From positions 294,015 through 358,014 of the forward strand of contig NIVC01001100.1 of NCBI GenBank assembly GCA_002269645.1: a DNA stretch of 64,000 nt. The letters run 5' to 3'. Shown piece after piece: positions 38,701-50,453 of this stretch. The position numbers were made by a program, and so were the translations under genes. Every line of letters begins with the position of its first letter. The first letter of the stretch is position 1. The notes beneath the pieces are model-generated. The model did not search any database. It was given only the letters and a program-made list of their open reading frames with translations, and was not told the DNA's origin. The stretch is from Macrostomum lignano. Lineage: Eukaryota.

Positions 38701-41700
38701 AGACCTAAACTTCACAAGACATAAGCTTCACAAGACCTAGACTTCACCAGACCTAGACTTTACAAGATCTAAACTTCACAAGACCTAGACTTCACAAGAC
38801 TTAGACTTCACAAGACCTAAACTTCACAAGACATAAACTTCACAAGACCTAAACTTAACAAGACCTAGACTTCACAAGACCTAGACTTCACAAGACCTAG
38901 ACTTCACAAGACCTAGACTTCACAAGACTTAGACTTCACAAGACTTAGACTTCACAAGACCTAGACTTCACAAGACCTAAACTTCACAAGACATAAACTT
39001 CACAAGACCTAAACTTCACAAGACCTAGACTTCACAAGACCTAGACTTCACAAGACCTAGACTTCACAAGACCTAGACTTCACAAGACCTAGACTTCACA
39101 AGACTTAGACTTCACAAGACCTAAACTTCACAAGACCTAGACTTCACAAGACCTAGACTTCACAAGACCTAGACTTCACAAGACCTAGACTTCACAAGAC
39201 CTAAACTGAACTAAACTTTAAGCGACATGATGAAATTTAGGTTTTATGAACTCACCTAATAAAGTGGATTTATTCGATGCCAATAAATTAGAAAGCAACA
39301 ATGGTATTTGAAAAAAATTGATAACCAATTCGAATCTGACTAATAGATCTGAGAGTAATGCTTAGAAGTGCATCTTTACTCCAAGGGTACTTCAATTTGG
39401 GTAACTCGGTAACAAGATTGATAGCTTAATGTAGTAAGCGAAATGAGACAGCGACCTTTGACACACTTTGCTATACAGTAAATGAATGCTTGCAGGGTCT
39501 AAATTAGATGCAACTGTAGATAAGCCTGAGACAGAAATTCGGGCAGAATATATTAAAAGGGGGAAGGAAACGAGGGGCCAAGGCCAGTTGAGTTGCTCAT
39601 ACTTGATAAGTTTGAAAATTTTCATTCTAATACTCTAATGGAAAAAACTAGATATAACACGGGGGTTTCCTGTGCGCAAATCTCTTGCGCAGTTAATTTT
39701 TAACTTTATTGAAAACAGCGGAAGTCAACTACAATTGCAATAGATGGAATGCTAAAAAACTTTAAGATGGCAGGAGAAACAACTTATAGACAACAAAGAC
39801 TGCTAAATTTAAGACAGACTTTGTTCTTCTAGAAAACAAAGACTGCTAGACAAAGACACGGATTGCTGTTCTACAGAACAAAGACTGCTAGACAAAGACA
39901 CGGATTGCTGTTCTACAGAACAAAGACTGCTAGAGAAAGACAGGGATTGCTGTTCTACAGAACAAAGACTGCTAGATAAAGACAGGGATTGCTGTTCTAG
40001 AGAACAAAGACTGCACAGATTCAAAACAGACATCCCGTACTGAAAACAAAGACTACAACCAACTGTCGAACTGAACGCAAAACTCACCTTCTCGCCGCTG
40101 GAATAGAAGAAGTACTTCAGCGTGACAATGTTTTGATGCTCAATCGATCGCATGATCTGCAGTTCGCGATTCTTGAACCGCTTGTCTTGCAACACCTTCT
40201 TGATGGCCACCACCTCCTTCGGTTCGACCAGTTTGGCTTGGTACACGACACCGAAACTGCCGTTACCAATGATTTTCATATCGGTGAACGAGATCTCCTG
40301 GGCTCGGTCACCTTGACCAGGCGTGGCGATCACCGTGTTCACCTTGGAGTCCTTTGCTGTGCCTGCGGGTTGATGGACAGAAAAGTAAGAGCTAGCATAT
40401 CCATGTTTTTACCAGTTTTACATGGCTAATATTAATAATATATGATATGATATGATATAAAGCTTATACACATCATAGCAGGTGTCATGAACTCATAATT
40501 GATTATCATAGTTCTTTAACTTCTTCCCATTGTTTTCTTTTTATAATTTAGTAGAATAACAGACTTTATAGAAAATTATCTATGTAGTTGAGCATTTTGA
40601 AAACTACCAGTGCCCTCTAGTATATTATTAGAAGTTTAATTTGAATATTTCATATTCAATATGATGAATAAAATGAAAAACAAGAAAAGTAAGACACATC
40701 CAATAAATTTTCTGGTATTATATAAGATCCATTCATGTCATAATGAAACAGATTTTAAATCTATTTTTAAAGTTTTTATTCTTTTTTCTGATAAATAGAA
40801 TATTTGATTGATATCAATTTTTTATCATTTTTACTTGGGATATAGTCAATAAAAATATAAAAATATTAGTTAGAATACTATAATATACAATTAATAACCA
40901 TTTTATACTGTTTATCTGTCTGTAATTGATTTTTTTAGAACCATTTGACCAATTTCTTTTAAATTAGATTTTTAATAATCATAATAAAATAACTTTTAAT
41001 AAGTTATTTATTTTTAAATAACTTAAAATACTTATTAAAATAAATATTAAAATTTTAAAAAGTGAATGGGCATTTTGGTGTATAAATATTTTTATAAAAA
41101 ATAAAAACTTGAATAGCTCTAGCTTGTTATTATTAATAGCTCAAATGTAATCTGAAAGATTTCTTTTTAGAAAGTATCTAAAAGAATTTAGAAAGTAAGA
41201 AAGTATTTATTCTTATGGATTGATCTTAATGCTATAATCTGGACCATGTTAAGTGTATACTAAAATAAAATGTGGCTTTAAGATAACTATATGCCAAAAG
41301 TTGCAAAATATAAAGAAACAAAATGAATAAAACTATGTCACTTATGATCAAACTTGCTATTTTTTAAACACAATAAATAATATTCTACCAAAAAGTTTTT
41401 TTAATACTATAAACAACTTTTACTAAACAAAAATAGAATTAACTATACAATTATACTGGAGTATATATCACTCAATCCTATCTACAATACTAATCTAAAC
41501 ACTAGCCACATTGATTATACCAAACTATATACCAATGTATGCCAAGCATTCTGTGGCAATGCAAGGGGTAATAGTTAAATCTAGGATAGTTTAGGCTACA
41601 ACCTTTTAGATGACCATCCCCTTATCTTTCTAGTTCATAGTGCAGATCATATACAATGTTTATTAGATTAAAAGTATATTATTTTCTAGTGCATATACTA

Positions 41701-43643
41701 GACTTTCAAAACTATTATTAATCTATTACCACTTATATGCCATAAGCGAAAATAGTATAGAAATGGCAATTGTAACAATAATATTGACTATGTCAATTTT
41801 TTATATTTTATAGATTATTAATATTGATATTTTTATATACTTTTATTAACAAATGACCCTTTTCAAAGCTGGCATACAAATTCATGAATTTTTTTGGCAT
41901 AAAAATTCATGCTAATTAATTTTTAATTTTTGGTGAATAAATTCATGTGTACATGAATATGGTAATGTAAATTAGTGTTTTTACATAAAAAAGGAAATTC
42001 AGCCTAGAAAGTCTGATGAACTTTTTGTTTCCTTAAAATAAACATTAAATAAAATTAATAAAAATTACTACAAAAACATAAATTTTGCATCATTATTTTT
42101 ATAGGTATAATTTAAGTTATTTTAGAATGAAAATATTTATAATACTTTAAAAAGTCTTTTTGAACAAAGACTTTTCTAAGGAAACTCAACTCATGAAAAC
42201 TGAATGACCTTTTTAGAAGACATTTGTACAGGCCCCTTAGTTCTTTGTACAAATTTAATAACCATATATTGATTACATTTTAATTTTGTGCCAAAACTAA
42301 AAAATACTTTTTGTTATAATGTATATATTTTCTATAATATTTTGACAAATTAATTTTTGTTTAAACCCACTCATAGAATTAGTAATAAATAGATGCAATC
42401 TGAGCAGAGAAGAGAACAACTTGCTCCAAAGCAGTTCCTAAGAAAGAATTAACAAGTGATTATACAAAAGAAAGAGTATTCTAAGCAAATATAAGTGAAG
42501 CTGTTTTCTGAGTTATTATTTGCAGAAATAAAGTGAAGTAAACTGAAGCATATACAATATATACTACTAAGAAGTAGAAGTAGTAGAATGAGACAAAGTA
42601 GATCCTAGCAACACAGAGAATTAGAGGCTATGACACTCTGATCTCAGAAATACCAACAATAAATGCTACTAGAATAATAGAAAAACAATACTTGTAAGGG
42701 CTAAATAGTATTTTAAGAATAATTCACAGAACAAATACTTAGACTTATGCTTAGATAAATACTCTAACAACTACCCAGATACATACTCAGACTTATTCTA
42801 AGAAACATTTCTTAGACTTATTCTAGGATTAATAAACTTATGATTTATTAATAGAATAGTCTTGGTAGCAGATACCAACATTTATAAAGATAGAAATTAA
42901 GCCCTTTTACAACTTTGGTTGGTGATATCAATAAGATTATTAATAGAGAGAAGCTTAGCCCTTTGACATATTTTTGGTATAAATTTAAGGAATTTTTGTT
43001 TTTGACATACATTGGCATATATTTAGCTAAGATAAGATTCTTGTTCTAACATATACTACAACATGATTTGGACCATGGCTTTTTATAGGTTTTCAAATTT
43101 TAATTTAAAGGCATTTAATAATTATTTAATATTTTCAATATAAAATATATTATATATTATTTGCCCAGAAATTTTATACTTTTTATCCATACTATCCATT
43201 CTTACTAGAACTTGTCAAGTGCCTCATTATAATATTATCAAAAAAAATTGCAAGGATTTTGTGAAATATTTATACTTATGGTTTTGCACTTTAAGGTAAT
43301 TTTGGCATTTATTAAGAGTAATGTCATTTATGTCTTCCAGATTTGGTTTAATCTATAAATAGTGAAGTATAAGTTAATTATTTTTTCAATTTAAGTTAGC
43401 CCCTAAGGCCTCATCCAACATTGGCATAGATTTTTAATTAAAGTGTAATGCTTAGGCCCTAGTTCATTATTTATATTGTCATTGACTCTAAAATATAATC
43501 ATTGACCCTCATATAATAATATTATTTATTAGACTTGGTAACTGTTATTAGAAGAGTGTACCTATTATTAAAGTAATAAAAGTACAAAACTAAAAAATAC
43601 CTGAAAAGTTATTATAACCAAAATGCTCACCTGCTGGTTTCAT
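35729..43643 (-). CDS. GSK3: Glycogen synthase kinase-3 (shaggy) homolog, ~397 aa; join complement(43631-43643, 40088-40362, 37975-38323, 36955-37132, 36613-36815, 35729-35904)
   Basis: Motifs [115 protein letters not shown] and LFNFT are all present. All introns are GT-AG with matching phases (1,0,1,2,1), summing to 1194 nt. The 13-nt first coding exon is the least certain part. Confidence 0.95.
35963..36465. repeat. Alternating 28/29-bp minisatellite (57-bp dimer) in GSK3 last intron
   Basis: GGATGGGAG(T/C)GGCTGA(T/C)TGAGTAGGG(G|AG)C units; 19-aa pseudo-period. Confidence 0.93.
37255..37960. repeat. 28-bp minisatellite (GAGGATCTGGGAGGCTGGCCCAGCA(A/G)CT) in GSK3 intron 3
   Basis: Same family as the 31-kb and 62-kb arrays. 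Confidence 0.96.
38545..39205. repeat. 16-bp minisatellite (AGACCTAGACTTCACA) in GSK3 intron 2
   Basis: Direct reading. Confidence 0.95.
39790..40010. repeat. 42-bp tandem repeat, ~5 copies, in GSK3 intron 2
   Basis: ACAAAGACTGCTAGA.AAAGACA.GGATTGCTGTTCTA.AGA units. Confidence 0.9.
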
Positions 43644-45191
43644 TGTAAATGCAGCAGTCAGTTGAAAGACATCAACCAAAAGAAAATAATACGTCAAATA
43701 ATGATTTTAAATCAATTTGCACGATCCAGGGGTCAAATCAGGCAAGATAAGAATCAAGGGCATTAGATAATACGCACGTCACCATGACACTAAAAAAAAT
43801 AAAATAGTTTACCTGTTTAAATCCGTCGCGAAAGTAAATAATATCTATAACGACATAACTAAACGTAACTAATTCCAACCCGGATTTTTTTACCTTTGGA
43901 GACGGATCTACAAAAGTTTAATGTTTAAATATTTCTTTGCTTTCAACGTAATATAGTATTTAACGTTTGCTTTTTGCTTTTAAATTGAAATGAATAGTAT
44001 CAAACATAAAACACGAGTTTTCACTTTTTAAATTGCGGTTTAACAGCTGCTGCTTTGCATTTCTTTTACTCTAACACAGGATACATTTCCTATGTGTCAC
44101 TCCAGCACTCAATAACGTAATTTTTGACTTGGATCAGTCTTAATTTGTGACTTGTAAAATCTATGAAACACTCCAGGTCTCAGCTCGAAAACCCCGAGGT
44201 TAGGGCAACAGATACTAGCTGCTGCTCATGCTAATTGTTAATGCTTGAGAGTAGAATTAGCTTCAGTCTATAATGGTCTTGACCCGGGATTTCGCGCTGC
44301 GGATGGAGTGTGCACTCATCTAGATATAGAATATGTGATTCAAATAGACTATGAAATCCCATGCGGTAATACAAATCAAAACAAAGTTGAAAGGGTTAAA
44401 ACGAAGAATATTGAAACCTATATTTTCATAAGCACAATTATTGACAGCAGGAAATGGTTTTGTATATTTTCAAGCCTAAAAAAGTTACAAAATCGCCTCC
44501 ACAGTAATGCTACCCAGTGCACTTTCAAGATGTGTTGTTGCATCCTCGGCCCCTCTGTGCAGCTGGAAAGGTGGATTGTCGAGTTCCAGTCTTTCTGGGC
44601 CAGTGTTCCAGTCATTTTTTTAAGAACTGATTCTCGATGCTGTCAAAACCACTACAATGATACCATCGCAGAGCAGTGATATATCGTGATAGATGGCCGG
44701 CCGGTTCCATTAAGTAGCGAGAATTCCACACAGTTCGAGGGAAAATGGCACATCATAACCAGTTAAGAAGACGCATGCATATTCTTGTCTGAAGGCAGCC
44801 ATTGAGCTACTTGTTTAATTAATTTATCATTATTTAGTGGTGTATCGAAGCATGAGAACTCTTAGGACGTGACTCGATGATTAGCTAATTAAGCCCTCAA
44901 AACCGACTATTGAACCCCTCACTTCATGTGCAGTGGTTGGTTTATTGAAGATATATATACGAACGTAATGTTGACATTTTTGTTGTAATACTGCTCAAAC
45001 CTTTGCCTTAATCCATCTTAAGAGTATTAGCAAAGTAAAACAGCTATAGAAAAATCTTACGAGACCATAGATATGAATGAAAGTTTGAACACTCTTTTTC
45101 CCACTAGGCATGTAAGCGTGTACGGCCGAAAGAACGACAACCCTAGTTTTTAACAGAAATCTTTGTTACGTTGTCAAGAAACCCGACAAAA

Positions 45192-47167
45192 ATGAGCAAG
45201 AAACAAAGCATAGAATCGCCGGGCTTGTTGGAGAAAACCGGTTGTCAGGTGCTTGAAGCAGCAGTCAGCAAAGATTCTAAACCAACTGGAGGCAGAGAGC
45301 GGGTCATCTATTTCTCATTCCTCATCCAGTCGCCTCTCCGCGAGCTATTCACCAATCCCAAGGAGGACAAGCGAATCCTGAAGATCGAAATCACCTGTCA
45401 CTGCCTGTTTCGGCTATCTGGCGAGTTCACCAGCGTGCCGCAGTTCCAACTGGTCGAGGCCTATTTAGATGACCGATTTGGCAACTTCGAGGGCTGTGTG
45501 CACATGCTCGAGGCCGTCTTCAAGGGTGTCGGCTGCAGTTTTATTCTTTACCGTACCATCAACATGAGCGTACACCCGAACGGCAGCTGCGACTACAGCT
45601 ACCACTGCAACAACATTGACCGGAACTTCTACCAGGATGCGCGACCCTCTGACCATCGCGATGGTGCGAACGAAGTCGAAGAGGCTTCGTCCAGTTGCCT
45701 TCAGAGAGCCTTGCTGGCAAAGACTGGCGCACCTGAACAGTTCGATTCGAATTTTAGTAGCTTCTCGGTGACAAACTCCACGGTTAGCCGGCTGTTCAAG
45801 GAGCTCGAAAGAGACATTCCCAAGGGGTGGAGCGGCGACGCCTCCGTGGCGCCGTCTCGCAAGAGCCTTGAAGACTTTTTAGGCATGGAACTCGCCGTCC
45901 AGCAGCTGGAAGTCATCACCAGCAGTAATTACGAATTCGTCATCGAGGAGATGTTCTTCGAGGCTCTCATTGGTGAGATGAGGTCTGAGATGTTGCACTG
46001 CGTACTTTATCAGATACGCGTCGATTTGGTGGAGGCCGTCCTTCTAGAGAGTGTTACGGGCAGCTGCTTAGTGAGTCAATCTGCCTCTCAGCTTGTCACC
46101 AGCCTCTTGGAGCCAGCGGTACTGGTTGATCAAACCTGTGCCGACTGTCTCGGTGACAACTGCACGGTCGTGTACAGCAGCGCAGCCCTCTCTGCACAGG
46201 GCTGCGCCAACAACAACAGCACCTGCTGCGACTTCGAATACGACAGTGATGACAACGGTATCGAGCCAGTGCAAGAGGAGGGCGACAGCATCGCGGACGT
46301 CTCAGAGTCGCTGATTGACGAGCGCTGGTCGGAGAGCGGCGGCCAACTCGCGAAGCCGCCGACGGTGCGTCGCTTTGCGCCAGCAGCAGGCAAGCAGCAG
46401 AGCACGATGACGCCTGCGCTTCGATTGGAGCAGATTTTCTACGATTGGTGCGACTTAACAGTCCAGGAGGCCTGCTTAGAAACGTTTGTTGAGCTGGTCT
46501 CCCAGCGCCTGGTGGTTGCTATGTACAAAACCAGCCGATCCAAGTCGCAATTCGAGTGTCGCATTGTGAAGACATTCGCCAGATTTGGCAGAGCCTTCAG
46601 CGAACTGTCATCAGCTGCCACTGAGCCCGGGCTTGCCGATGTGATCACCGGCTTCTTTGCTTGCGTAGCTGACACGTTAAATGATCCGGACGCTCGGGAT
46701 TGCCTCGGACAGACGTCCGACCTGGTGATGGCCGTCCGGGCTTCCGCAGCTAAAGAGGAAGATGAGGAAAGCGTCAGCCGAGTCGACGATGGCAGCAGCG
46801 GCTGTCGAGGCGGTTGGCAGTGGCTGCGAATTGCACAGAGGGCTTTCCAGCAAGCAATCAGGTAAATCACAAGTTTTCTGGCAGTCAGTCTTAACCTGGG
46901 TAGATTTCCCAGCCCTAAGTTTATCTAGTTTAAAATTGAATGCACAGTTATCAAAGTTTTGAAGTACATCTTATAACCCTGTAGAGAAAAGTGTTTCTAT
47001 CAATTGAGTTTCTTGAGATTGCAAAACGGCATCCTTGGACTGTTGCCGACCGCTGCAAATAGCGTTAAATTCTGAGGACGACCATCGCTTCTGTTTCAGA
47101 GACCAGCTCTCCCGCCTGGGGCCCAAGCTGCAGCGCAAAGGGCGTCACCGACGCTCAAACAACTCAA

Positions 47168-47198
<31 letters not shown>

Positions 47199-48933
47199 GA
47201 GTAGCTTTGGGCGCAGACTGGCCGAACTGTTCGACCACTCAAGCAGCGGCGATGCCTCGTCCACCACGGTTACTACAGGCGACAGTTTTCTGCAGCAGTC
47301 GACGCCAGCCGAACGAGAGGAGCAGGAGACGCCAACCAAAAGGCCGGAGCGTTTGAGCTGCAATCTTCGACTCTGCGTTGAGGCGCCCGCTGCAACCAGC
47401 CAGGAGCCGGAAGACGCTACGGCGCCATTGTTGAGTTTGACAGACCTTTGTGTGGATTCGAATTTACTTGACACACAAAACTGTCGCGATTTCTTATCCG
47501 CTGCTGCAGTTTCGGCGGTGGTCCCGGATGGCGGTGCAATCACGGGCGCCTGGATGACTGCAGCAATTTCCAAGTGTCAGACATGCTCCGAGCGGACAGA
47601 GCTTCTATCCTGTCTGGCAACAGAGCCGCTCAGAGACGGTCACGCCAGCTGGATGTCCGTCGAGCTAATCGTTGCAGACGCCGCCGTTGCAGTGGTCTTC
47701 AAAGCCGGGCCAATCCACTTTGCCTGCGCGTCCTTCGCCTCCGCTGCCAGCTGCACTGCCGCGCTTTCTGTTGCACTGCCCGACCTGGCGACGAATCTAC
47801 TTGCAGAGTTCCGCCCAGCGCCACTGGTTGCCAGGGCTGTGAGTCCGAGGGCCTGTGTTCATCGAGCTCGATCGACCTGGCTGGCGGCGTCTCACTGCTG
47901 TCTCCAACTGCTCGACGCCAAATCACAGCTACCAGTACTGTCGCAATCTTTGCCTACCCAGTTTGTGATTTCAAAGTGTGAAAACTCGACAGGGCTGGCA
48001 GCCTGCAACCTTCACGGCGGAGTCCGACCTTCCAGCAGTCACTGCTACCCGCTCGGTCTGCCTGACGCGGCTGAAACCTCGCCGAAACCGTCGGATGCCA
48101 GCTGCGGCTGGGGAACGGCTCGCGTTGAACTTGAGCACGCATCAATCGTTCGCCAATCTGTTCTGGAAGTGCCAGCGATCGCTGAGCAGGCTCTGCGGCA
48201 CCGGATCGGCGCAGAGTCAACCCGTGCTGCTGGGAAACAGCTTCGAGCTGTGGTCCGCGGCGAGCCGGCTTGGAAACAATTCCGGAAAGCCAGGTGCACG
48301 CAACGGTGGCCAAATTCCTTTGAACGCGCGACTATCAGCGCCGACGATTGTCCGGCTCCCGGAGGTGGCGGCGACTGGCCGGAGAGGACGGTGCACGAGT
48401 GGAGCTGGGCACGGCCGGCCACGGCCCGCCTGAACAGGCCGACTCGGGCCTCGGCGACGGAGTTGCCCGTCGGCGCGCAGAGCGTTTCAACTTCGTCCAG
48501 TCCGCCAATAAGTCTCGTTGAAAGCCTGGCCGACCCCACCATGGTTCCGAGGGACCACTCGGCGATTGAGTCCTGCATCGTGGAGGGTTCGGACTGCTCA
48601 GTGTCCGACTGCAACATTGCCTTCTGCTTGGCAGCCGACTGGTCATTAGAAAAGCGCCAGCTCGAGCTCGTCTCCAGCAAATCGTCGTCGATCTCGCAGC
48701 CGCAGACGGTGCAGTTCTGCTGCCGGTTCTCCACAGAGGATTCCGTAGATACGGACTGCTTAATCGCCACTCCAGTGGGAGATGCGCTGAGCTGTACAGC
48801 CAGTGCGCAGGTGACCATTTTCCAACGGAGCATGAATCTGCCCAAAGAGCAGCTGCTCTCCGCCGGCAGCGGCTCGCTGCTTCGTCTGGCAGTTCGTCGG
48901 AGTCAGAGCTACAACTGCATCTCGACCTATTGA
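45192..48933 (+). CDS. Uncharacterised ~1167-aa Ser/Cys-rich protein; join(45192-46861, 47100-48933)
   Basis: Two long non-repetitive ORFs (564 and 632 aa) with GC3-rich codons. Donor AG|GTAAAT at 46862 and acceptor cttctgtttcag|A at 47099 are both phase 2, giving an in-frame join (3504 nt). No domain recognised. Confidence 0.75.
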
Positions 48934-49389
48934 TGAGATCCCCATGACAAGCTGCTTAAATGCCATGCATTTCCCGTGAAAGCGCTAGCGTATGTAATAA
49001 TGTTCTGATGCATGCAGATTCGACACTTTGCGATAGCTTTAGCTTTCAAGTAGCAATCTTTACTTTTTAGGGACTTTTATTATTGATAAGCTCTTTTCCC
49101 GTAGACGCACTTGTTGTGTACCATATATTCATAATCTTCATCATTTATCCAACATTACTTGAGTATATACTTCCGCTAAAACTGGATAGGTAGTTAATAA
49201 TATTAATTGCCTAAAATTTGCACTTAATAATATAATACATGGAGTAGAGTAGGCATGCGAAAGACGTTCGTACCTGTCATACTGAAATAATCAGAATAGG
49301 TGTGAACGCTTAAATCGATCATTTCCAAAATTATTCAAAGCTATCTATCGCATATCAACCACGTTAAATAGCCGGCAATATGCAGCCGC

Positions 49390-49590
49390 AGCTGGTCAGT
49401 CCAAGGACTGGGAGGTCGCCACACCCTCAATTGCCCCAGCTAATGCTGGCACCCATTTTACAGCTGAGTGAATTGAAGCAATGCAGAGTTGAGTGTCTTG
49501 CTCAAGGATACAAATTGTTCCGAGTGGGTCGAGACACGAACCCCCGACCTTTTAGTCGTGAGTCCGACGCTCTCACCACTAGGCTATAAC
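49390..49590 (-). mobile_element. SINE family A, 3'-truncated copy
   Basis: A/B boxes and the CORE-like block match the other copies. The tail is missing. Confidence 0.85.
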
Positions 49591-50453
49591 GGCTCTTCTG
49601 TGAATCAATACATAGCTTATTTTTAGCACTTGGAATGGACTTTCGAGTATATCCCAATGGTTCGCTGCGCGTCGCCTTTAAGGTTGGCGATGCACGAGTC
49701 CTCGATGAGTGTCGTTGGTCCGTCCAAGCGACCTGTTGCGCCTGGCAGTCCATACTTGTAATTCTCTTCAGCTAAAACTCTTCTAGATTTACGATCTCTT
49801 AAGAGCATACTTGTGTGCTGTTGTGCTGTTATGCTTGGGCTTTGGCTACTCCTGCTTAGAGATTCTAATTTAATGAATTAGTGATGTATGAAGCAGTGCT
49901 CAGTCTATAAAACTCGGGAGTCTCACACACTACTTCGCATACCCATGCACTGGACATTGAGGAACTCAGTGTAAACAGGCTGCTGTAGCGCTTCCCACAC
50001 AGTGGTTCCTTCACCTTTAGGAACTTAAGCCACTAATCTCTGGGAGCTAGACCCAGCCAATAGGGTAGCTAGGTCGTCCGTCAAATGGTGTTTTACCAGT
50101 GCCTTGCGGCATGGAGCTACCTGCATTTGTTAGCAAACTTATGAAACAACCCACGTCAGTATTACGAACATGTACATGTAATTCTCTATGCCATCTGAAA
50201 CCATTTTCTGTGAGACCCGATGTACGCAAAATAATAAGCAAAATAACGGACAAAAATGACCCCTAAAGGAATTTATTTAGTCTGTTTTCATCATTGGTGC
50301 TATGCGACTTAATGTCATCGAAACCGGGCAGTTTATTAAGAAATTTTGGAACTTCTCAAACGATCAATGTTTCCTACGCAAAGCCAGGCACTTGTAGAGT
50401 TTATTATCCTAGCTGGCATTGTGAAACTGCACTAGTATTCAGCAATAATATGA

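Noticed and set aside
40367-43691. Classical fungal RIP or an organellar insertion as the explanation of the AT-rich intron
   Set aside because: CpA and TpG remain abundant, whereas Neurospora-type RIP depletes them. No mitochondrial gene, rRNA or tRNA is recognisable.
47145-48845. Antisense ORFs overlapping the orphan gene, and similar ones over ENaC, GSK3 and the recombinase
   Set aside because: Typical shadow ORFs of GC3-rich coding sequence.
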